DNA of 64,000 bases from a virus. The stretch lies in IMG/VR virus record IMGVR_UViG_3300045988_062804; one strand, 5' to 3'. Of the stretch, positions 11,201 to 17,300 are shown piece by piece (positions within the stretch are counted from its first letter, which is position 1; every line of letters begins with the position of its first letter). The notes under the pieces were generated by a model that had not been told where the DNA came from, did no database searches, and saw nothing but the letters and a program-made list of their open reading frames with translations. The translations under genes and the position numbers were made by a program.

Positions 11201-11745
11201 GAACTCCAGTTTCAGAGTTGTTCTTCTATTACAACATGATTGTAAATAAGAATAGGTATGGACAAACATCCTTGACAAGACTGTTTGAGCACTTTGTTGG
11301 TGAGAAACAAAACTCTGTTGTACAAGATTACTTCAAGTATATCGGAGATATGGACTTCAACAAGTTACTGAATAACTCTGACTATTCACTTGAAGATGTA
11401 ATCATGGCTTGTGCTATAACTGTTAGTGGAGGTAATTACGGTAAGAAGTTCCCCTATATTAAGGTCTTTAATCCTTTATTGCAGACTTATGAGCTGTTTA
11501 CGTATATGGGTGAATTTAACTCTTCTGAGCAGCTTCCAGATGATGTCATTGACAATCTGCCAGAGGGAGATGCTAGTGGTCCTGCTAACTACAAGCCAGT
11601 GGTCTTCCCAAATCAGAAAGAGTTGATGAACTATTTTACATGGTTACCAATGAACTTCAGCAAAGAGCAAGATGCAGAACCTCTAGAAGATAAACTGTTA
11701 AAGCTAATAAATCAAAACAGAGCAATAGTAAAGTATGAGTGCTAA
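2209..11745 (+). CDS. Giant virion-packaged RNA polymerase (crAss-like vRNAP, double-psi beta-barrel / RdRP-like) fused to ~2100 aa of unassigned N-terminal sequence
   Basis: This is an uninterrupted 3178-aa ORF. The context WLQGSDFDIDKVYLMG at aa 2154-2158 matches the DxDxD metal-binding loop described for crAss-like virion RNAPs (phi14:2 gp66 family, related to QDE-1-type RdRPs). Its size and its position in a block of giant genes convergent with the structural block fit crAss genome organisation. The assignment rests on the motif plus synteny; no alignment was possible. Confidence 0.75.
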   Translation: MRCIVTNDKKEIIIDSLNSVFNDAELITLEAKFKRLGEDLSPTLVLDDERSISVISDIINEWIPEARDVAELFEDNVQLALLTELEETKDLRITDLRKAGVAPANKAAANLNMDIKEESLIDYQEKITSSTINNLYRSAQQPRNLMQDELRRSVISSFLVDFKEGRIVRSSQEFNKNLAALFNRLLTDLKIYAEEAKVDFDNSLLLYDEDGKYTGQFSVVQKLADTLFGDKFNATYLNHLYATRTSSFKSSKALRAYNSYVILNNFDTLLKTLLGKTITIDQRYVDSFTDVENDKYKLLDNSNLVKTWRSSDDVDALSEMGNITKILVEQTPVLHYSTGENKFNNYLEVKDFTYVFNKLKNIPIFSEIVNKIRFAPNKFIPELIDTALKTNTRGLTAHDKDIIFSVQRRFYKNNFDVYGDSEYSLTEIINKEYAEGSDSVLSQNLVDFISGMIDKTVSTNYIGYRPSDSGNIEIFDVKDNNLNSHKLIIEKGINNINNTLSTEYRKDLLDKYSVRRNGAKLSIRIPGYTTKNGHTLHIVHANNSSRGISVFTVDSNRNQSPLSLNEMDRMVAEGDTDLVRALTEFLDDTLYQSLGLQPEILDAFREIVEAGSDISAIMQLAALGGRSLMRNQIEKELTDGTMDKASVAECFPEAYSKETTLFDKKTGSLKTVIADQANIVRDLARARMLVNGEAAKSNSRDLSGNSISNNGLTNLINTAKVNWLEAKHLAGYGYNVASLGSIFVKNPNLIFGTTVKKEAQSKDRSVTKSSAKFFSSEIAHSSVLYDFWSGFLNKDGDMAGKFYIQPTVYSDKSRHYLIGIDGMQVLTPTFDETTGGNVGGKRITESTAEDIRNVHYASMAQMYRVMRTNLLADYQQTLAPILPMLGISNITTFSDAERVFDAINAKYKLKKDVEFFRSKGIPVSPENEAEYQQIMQSQMALANSPQDLYMLLAKEANTEVIDQIHFSGKGTLGINKLLKHYFEMFLDDAKTRSIYNAKVLREKKKFARDLLNNNKFFLYDKRGEIDPVLNKFIHGSSESERYSIWAGPDYESKWVDPDTAEIIIAKLVDKNGKETRLTKNSLFDPKDSQGLILNPLFDMFFEVDNLISSNFLTSTVGGPYGHPLKSRIDANADEVTKIEQEEAARTLAQFKRMVIYPATMHNYVQNQFNGIPPQYNVATIRDMSASVHNFSGVTSKVDVQDGSGWANPFIAILENYSLNDAKAGEDKKPIGHSMNPMYLSELELKYALMDIYNERVRDSGKPDNKGLRWKNILKKMTDRQWDVPVDLTVAFNGKPINIAENIQNPYYRDIVTGKFYKITDIKRTGDNLYDVTQVQVNKMGNVIGQPELKGGTSLLIDTNYKLWEAFGGEWSCDLTDLGLFEGNSSIEAVAWYMNNIGVVRSKENSEIYGTDFKQELYTFGEDYEELPSESEIRNPDGTFTDFANLSQIEVYQPLKHSDIHYLVNTSGAKCGATNINPTSSWFDDTPLRSFKMSTRHLGIQMDADHHADDSELTEMSQVISSLEANGYTHHIAKEAYHDLGSIVYSTMKREIDAVAEYYKMGDSREIYNIVGKSFLKSFDDSSSNKASLAEAIIYNMKKELSKYLKISEADVKLPFSDNNLLGAVISSVTSMINKNAIKRKYPGIASVLIPSHGAIQIYKANGIDYTYGQAQLSKVDFNHQFNIQPIIPITDIEFGESYVVVEGTQGYPVDVNGVVPEGASMWDGDMHNESQFNLNVPGVQHITVDSIEKYNELRNDTSGRLVKRNPYKGRDLQPSRTLFKIGGRQYSIFDSDSIKSRYAVEKAFDKGGVIDLAKSGDIDAAIEILRGFRVPNDLVGTKLNELANKLANKDFWRISNLVDDIKNLYRDDVINTFKRLSADGTVIINDEVKTIDPESLEIKEAELVLPKIYATKFGLRRGDSLNDIMKNENFFYNRIIDAWNDKTTKYDIALKRANGNHTYIILKSGGNAKVVEGLQKVNVNTIVEDGENTLRVNNKGEIEGPLNDAEVYVDSRGNEIIFTDNVKQFLEEQYDDYDDVELNSRLKEGTLNAAFDVVKGIDHKLTEQYKEIALRMENNESVTLKLALQEKNTHLDRMFRRLSREKRTSFLKSLEFIAARIPAQSMQSFMPMKVVAFSESEKNIAYVSHWQIWLQGSDFDIDKVYLMGSEFSDNGKYIGWSPYFNLYSDEVRKASELLPMPSGKEYQVFYPDVQPEDSFDITQLVKNVNLAASDKLGTNTKRFIIALADLLKGIRDSGYTKLWLDPKSIIEANWMNLDTVEKRINRHSLYLSKIKSPDRIISMMKNSVSSKIYRIINDPANMVSAYSPIEMNEPQAAAELSESGKEAKEYTLGNPFVKWNMQYQNMTGKDVIGIAAVGEKVFFALSYYYNEAARSGNMEWQENAYFRRSFKLIKSRDGKKYLPLVRNIIANVNFDGVDTSKVLWNSMIEQQSGVSMEDAGKKYTEEEVAYIREQLLSQLGSQKDASLVISALLSAATDNAKELILAKINSGSDLASVYLYSIMLGIDFKDIANLMISNTVQTIAKLNKTNIFDEYNQSSTIDSVFNKLENGLQIKNYLNKFEGLNEAIAAVYPKAGGKSTQAALTEIFKQDNRLELLKKLREEFKTTEIYKNNGFPKFNLMRFMSDFEELAVMADSIFKNELSRTEYYTFKRIYKLAQEVKQLGSILSANQGLQTNMFDKFGYLDRIEQAVKDRVEEYVTGAGDNRDVSIFKILEDKPYLEKLHGGKEGAKTYVESIVRAAKTEGMIDDFNTLRFLNDDEYRRLAVSFYNLIKGTINVLDVITRVPHFRATIDMAATDFGIFDAISAKFTNVYNLSKLLIRNVYNVSSSKDRDSIYRNVGNFLDSVINTKWFKDRGTSFTIAECDRYFDKYGHTHQATGNEVIDLGTGHGQATFKMWFENTVVPSLKRGLQEKNGERKLSLARNKFISALQLSISDRTLTRDVSYAWTLPMNMSSINSITEMNNYVEYLTHFDELDKYTFNGTPVSELFFYYNMIVNKNRYGQTSLTRLFEHFVGEKQNSVVQDYFKYIGDMDFNKLLNNSDYSLEDVIMACAITVSGGNYGKKFPYIKVFNPLLQTYELFTYMGEFNSSEQLPDDVIDNLPEGDASGPANYKPVVFPNQKELMNYFTWLPMNFSKEQDAEPLEDKLLKLINQNRAIVKYEC
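8668..8682 (+). other. DFDID (DxDxD) putative catalytic metal-binding loop of the vRNAP
   Basis: Codons gac ttt gat att gat are in frame with the ORF starting at 2209 (aa 2154-2158). Confidence 0.65.
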
Positions 11746-12736
11746 GAACTGTACTTCTACATTGATAATTGGGGGGCTGGAATTTAAAGTCCAGTCTCCC
11801 AACGTCAATGGGAATCCTCCAATTAAAGACATTATACAGAACATAATTAAAGAACATGGTTCTGAAATTTCTAAAGCATTATCTGACCCAAAAGGTGTGT
11901 ATGAAGTACTTAACATTAATGACATATCACATTTAAGAGGTAATGCTACATTTAAAGATATTACTAAGCACCTAAACAGTTTAGGTAGGCAGTATATACC
12001 AATGAGAGATAGTTTAAGGGTATTAATATCCAAACTAAACAAAGTTGTTCCAGAGTCTGAACAGAACATTCTTTGGGTTTCATCACCCATAACACTAAAT
12101 GACGTAAAAATACCTAACGTAAATGTTAGTACTAACGGGGATTTAGTTATCCTAGACTCCAATAACCTTAATAAAGTATATAATACACTAAGGGAATATT
12201 TCTATGCTAAGACTATTAATACTCCTGAAAAGATTAATCAAATCTTATCCTTTATAGGAAGTATTGGTAAGGCAACTGACAAAATGAAATTAAAGTCTGA
12301 TGTATGGATAGCTAATCTACAGTCTAAGTTCACTGAGATGAGAAAGAATCCTGCAACAGCACTACACTACATTGTTAGTGATGATATTATAAACGAATTA
12401 GTAGACCTATCTGGAATGAGGTCAGAACTTAATACCTTGCTTAGAACATTAAGTAATGTTCAGTTAAAGGAAGGTAAAGGTAAGCAATGGTGGTTAGAGT
12501 GGAATGGTAATGCTGGAACCTATACTAATAGGAATGGTCAGCAGTTTAAGTTCAACTTTAAAGAAATGGATACCACTATTACAGGATACCTAAAAGAGAA
12601 GGGTATTGAAGCTAATGAAGAAGAAATTAGAGCTACAAAGGCTGTTCTACTAAGTGGAATATCACAAGGACATCCATTGTCAGACAACGAGATATACGAT
12701 TTATGGGACGAATTTACTAGAAAAGGTTGTGAATAA
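11735..12736 (+). CDS. Hypothetical protein of the vRNAP operon (333 aa)
   Basis: The ATG overlaps the end of the RNAP gene by 11 nt, and the stop overlaps the next start (TAATG). I recognise no motif. The only two cysteines are C6 and C332 (..RKGCE*). Confidence 0.8.
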   Translation: MSAKNCTSTLIIGGLEFKVQSPNVNGNPPIKDIIQNIIKEHGSEISKALSDPKGVYEVLNINDISHLRGNATFKDITKHLNSLGRQYIPMRDSLRVLISKLNKVVPESEQNILWVSSPITLNDVKIPNVNVSTNGDLVILDSNNLNKVYNTLREYFYAKTINTPEKINQILSFIGSIGKATDKMKLKSDVWIANLQSKFTEMRKNPATALHYIVSDDIINELVDLSGMRSELNTLLRTLSNVQLKEGKGKQWWLEWNGNAGTYTNRNGQQFKFNFKEMDTTITGYLKEKGIEANEEEIRATKAVLLSGISQGHPLSDNEIYDLWDEFTRKGCE

Positions 12737-14385
12737 TGGCTTGTATTAATCATAATGATATAACATATAGAACACTTCTAGAACTTTCTGGATTAACCCA
12801 GTTAGAGCTTGATGCAAAGGTAAGGAAGATACTAGAGACTACTGGGGAATACCCATTTATTGAACAAGTAGTATCTTCTGACACAATACCTGCATTAGTA
12901 AAGAAGTATAATTTAGTCAAGTCGGGCGATAGATATGTTGCTAAAGATGTTGACTTAGAAGGAGTGGATGCGCCCTATTTAAATAGCATCTATAGAGACT
13001 TAGAGATAACGATAACTCCACTGTTTGATGGAGAATCCCTAGTAGACATCAAGAGGAGGGCTACTATAAATAGGGATTTAGAAGTAGAAGAAGATTATGT
13101 AGGACCTTATACTGAGCATAATAGTAATATATTCCCTCAACCTATTCAGGTAATTAATGGAAACTACATCTATCAGCATGATGGTAATTACTACATATCT
13201 AAACACAAAGTAGGAAGTTATACTGCATTAAGTAATCTACCAAGAACAAAGAACTTGAAGACAGCTTATTCCAAAGCTACTCCAGTAAACACTAAGTATG
13301 AAGTTAATAGAGATGTTCTTAGGTTTATATCGGACTATAGTAATTTATTGTCTGCAGGACAAAATGCTATATATAATACTAATTCAGAACTTCCACCAAT
13401 TATATCATATTATGGCAATTTTAACTATCCTAAGTTCAAAGTTGATACAACTCTTAAAGGCAAGTATGACATTAATGAAGAGGGTACTATCCTAATAAAT
13501 CCAAACAAAGTTGGAACTGAGCCTAAAGCATTAGAGAGGGCTATTCTTGAGGCTGAAGGCTTCTATAGTGAGACAGAGATACTTGAAGCACTAAATAGAC
13601 TTACTAACCCAATTAAAGTTGAAACGTTAAAAGTAGATAACAACCAATATTTATTAAGGTCTACTAATAAGGATAATAAACTTAATAATTATTACCCAGA
13701 ACTTTCTAATGGTAATATAAGAATCAATAAACTTGAAGCTATGTTGGATAGACTAACTGACTTATATGGGGTTAAATTCAATAGAGTTACAAGTTCAGAA
13801 TTGAGGTTGGGAGGGTTTAAGGATGTAATTCCAGATGCTACTAGAGTCAATGCTTTCATACTTGATGGAGAAATCTATATCAATACTGATAACGCAAGTG
13901 ATGATGCTCCTATTCATGAGTTGTCTCATATGTTGCTTGGTTCACTAAAGTCTACAGACTATAACCTATACTCAGCATTAGTAAACTCCGTAGAGAATCT
14001 TGATGATTATGATTTGAGGCTAGAGGAGTTCCCCAATAGAGCTAGAATGGATGCTAATGAGGAGATATTCGTAGACCTGTTTGCCAGACACTTTACAGAG
14101 AATTTGGAATTACCAGTTGATGCTAATCTAATGGATAGGGCAGAATATGAAATTAAGAGAAATATTGACTCAGCCATCTTCCCTAATGAAAGTACAACTA
14201 AAGTTAGTCTAAATAGTATCAGTGGTAAATCGTTCTCTGAAATCATGGACTTATTTGGAACATCTATTAACGAAACCACAATAGCTAATGCTTTTAATGG
14301 TAACGAATCAGGAACTAACAGACGACTAGCTAATATTAAAGAAGATTTATTAAAACAAGGATTATTAAAAGAGTATTGTGAATAA
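12736..14385 (+). CDS. Zincin-like metallopeptidase-motif protein (549 aa)
   Basis: It carries the HExxH motif DDAPIHELSHMLLGS (H394-H398), with a Glu 22 residues after the second His (..NSVENLDD), which is gluzincin-like spacing. Zn-peptidase domains are reported to accompany the RNAP module of crAss-like phages. The only two cysteines are C3 and C548 (..KEYCE*). Both ends are TAATG-coupled. Confidence 0.55.
   Translation: MACINHNDITYRTLLELSGLTQLELDAKVRKILETTGEYPFIEQVVSSDTIPALVKKYNLVKSGDRYVAKDVDLEGVDAPYLNSIYRDLEITITPLFDGESLVDIKRRATINRDLEVEEDYVGPYTEHNSNIFPQPIQVINGNYIYQHDGNYYISKHKVGSYTALSNLPRTKNLKTAYSKATPVNTKYEVNRDVLRFISDYSNLLSAGQNAIYNTNSELPPIISYYGNFNYPKFKVDTTLKGKYDINEEGTILINPNKVGTEPKALERAILEAEGFYSETEILEALNRLTNPIKVETLKVDNNQYLLRSTNKDNKLNNYYPELSNGNIRINKLEAMLDRLTDLYGVKFNRVTSSELRLGGFKDVIPDATRVNAFILDGEIYINTDNASDDAPIHELSHMLLGSLKSTDYNLYSALVNSVENLDDYDLRLEEFPNRARMDANEEIFVDLFARHFTENLELPVDANLMDRAEYEIKRNIDSAIFPNESTTKVSLNSISGKSFSEIMDLFGTSINETTIANAFNGNESGTNRRLANIKEDLLKQGLLKEYCE
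13915..13929 (+). other. HELSH (HExxH) zinc-binding motif
   Basis: Codons cat gag ttg tct cat are in frame with the ORF starting at 12736. Confidence 0.55.
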
Positions 14386-17300
14386 TGGCAAAGTGCGGAT
14401 ATACTCTATTAGGAAGGTCATTTGGCTCTGAGTTAGAATTGAACAACTTCCTACTTAACAATAAACATAGTATAGACCTTGGTAGAATATCTGATATAGT
14501 GTTTAGTCTTAATACTAAGAAAGACGAAGTAGTATCTATATTAGATGGTAAACTATCATGGGCTACTAAAATCCAGAGTATTAAGAGAAATCCTAATTCA
14601 TTCCTGGATGATGAAGATATAGACCCAGAATCGGTGAAACCATATAAAGGTGTTACATCTGCAATAAAGTTATTTAGACAAGCAGATGGAGTAACCAGAT
14701 TTGTGCCTGAGTTCAAGATAGAGAACTTCAAGGAGAAGTGCTTTGAAAGGTGGGGTAAGGATGGGTTTAGTGCAATGGAAGCTAAATTGGTTGGTAAAGA
14801 GCCAGGTGTTCCAGTAAAAGAGAATGAAATGGAAGGAGCTTTCAAAGCACTAACTACCAAGTGGGACTTACTTGGTAAAGTTGGTACTTCACTTCATAAA
14901 GTAGCTGAGTTATTCTGGAAGGGTGAAAGTTTATCAGCTATAGTGCAGGATGATGAAGTTAAGAACTATCTTGACCCAGTAATGGCTTCTCATATGTATA
15001 GTAACATGGAAATACTGAGAGACCAGTTAATTAAGCTACATGGTAACGGAGACCCCAATAGTGTAAAATTCTACCCAGAGTACGTAGTTGCTGGAGACAC
15101 TCAAGCCACTGACGATAATGGTAATCCTATCAAACTACTTGGTATTATTGACTTGTTGGTAGTTGATTCTGATGGGCAAGTACACATATATGACTACAAG
15201 ACTTCTGATAAAGCTCACGTTGATTTTGATAGTACTAAGAAATTAACATTCGATTATCAGTTAGCTGTTTATAGGCAGTTATTAGAGAGCTATGGATTAC
15301 CAGTAAGTAGGGCTATGATGGGTATTATCCCACTATCAATGCAAGACTTTGATGGAACTACTGGTAACTTCTCCAACATTACTGCACCTATTACTACTGT
15401 AAATGGTGTAAAGGAAATCAACATTGATTATAGAGATAGAAACCCAAGGCTATCCTATGATAGTGCATCTGCCTTTGTAACCAATAACGTTGAAATGGTT
15501 ATGCCTGTAGAGCCTGTTGAAGATATAGTTACTAAGGACTTTGTTGAGCATATGAGTACTGGGTTTGCTAAACTATTCCCAGGATATAAGTTTAACAGAG
15601 AACTAAATGAAGCTACATTAGAAGCTCTTAAAAGGGATGTGAGATATAATGCATCTACTGGTAAGTGGACTCTTCCAGACTTAAAGAATCCAGGTAAGAC
15701 TCTAACATTTGATACTCAAGCAGAAGCATATAAGGCTCTTGAAAGTTATCACGAATCTTTGTTAAGCTCTAAGACGAGAGCAACTGAAAGGTTGATTGGT
15801 AATATTAGAACTGCTATTAATACTGGTAATACTAACTTCTTACCCCTATCCAATCGTAAGATTAAGGGACACAGTGCAGGTTGGTTTATTAAGGAATGTA
15901 GTAGGTACTGTAACTCTGAATGGAAGGTAATGGATGTTCCAGAATTAACATCTTTAGGTATAATGCTACTATTTAATAAGAGAGCTAAATACTTTGACGT
16001 GTTAGTACTTGATAACACTCCATTGAAGACACAGCTTAAATTCAAGAAGGGTACTTCCGTTCTTGGTGAATATGCTTCTAACGTAGAACTAGAACAGAGG
16101 GGTATCCTGGCATTGGAGGGCATTGTAGGTAATGTTGACCTAATGAAAGCTATGCTAGCTTTAAATGAACTTCCAGATTTATTCAGGGAAGGTAAGTTTA
16201 AATTAGGTGAGATTAGAGTTCTTAACCAAAAGGATGAAACTGGTATGCACACTAGTGCTTGGCAGTTAATGCAGAACTTTAATGAGCTTACTAAGAATGG
16301 TAGGGCTGGTGTGGATAATAACTTTACTACTGGTAAAATACAGTTCTTAGAGAATTATCAATTAGCATACTACAATATGATTCAGTTCTGTGCCTTAGGT
16401 AAAGAGCAGAGTAAATTGAATAATGTACTGTCAGAGTTTGAGACTAATCCAATTATTCTTGACCATTCTATAGAGAACCTAATAAAGATGAAGAAGATGT
16501 TAGAGCAGGAATATCCTAATTTAACTGAAACTAAGACTACAGATTTCTCTTCACCTCCTGGAATTGTATATGGCTACCTACTTAAAGCTATTAAGGATTT
16601 AAGAGGTATGCACTATGTACAAGAAGTTAGGGATGGTAACAAAATAGTTCTACTAACTGATAACCCAGATGTGATGGCATCAGCTAACCTTAGAAATATG
16701 TATAAAGTAACCACTGACGGTCTTGTACATCTAAGAACTAATCTTAATAACTTTGCTGCTGAAATGCGTACTGCTATGGAGAAGTTCTGGAAAGCTAAGG
16801 GATATTCTACTGAAAGAAGGAATCTTATTGGTGACCAACTATCACTATTTAAGAATATGTTTGTTACTGATAGAGATGGCAAGATTGATAGTAGAATGAG
16901 GGTTAAGAGTCCATTTGTTGATAGAACATTAGATGCTGCTGAGAAGGAGTTCCTAACATTCTGGCTGGATAAACTAAACAGATACAGGTATCAAAATATG
17001 TCTGAATCTGACTTAGAGGAAATGAGATTAGACCCTGATAGTGAATACTATAATGTACCATTAATGGAAGCTAGCTCAGCTACTAAGGTACAGGAAGGTG
17101 GTAAGGGATTAATATCCTGGTTTAAGAGAAAGGTAGACCAGTTTAGAAATCCTAAGGAATGGGCAGATAGACTAATCACTGGTGCTTTGGACTCAGAGCA
17201 TAATGAGCAGTTAAAGGAGGATATGGAAAAGTATGAGATGATTGATATGTTTGAGTATAGCGATAATGCAACATCAAGAAGTAATGCTTTAGAAGAGCAT

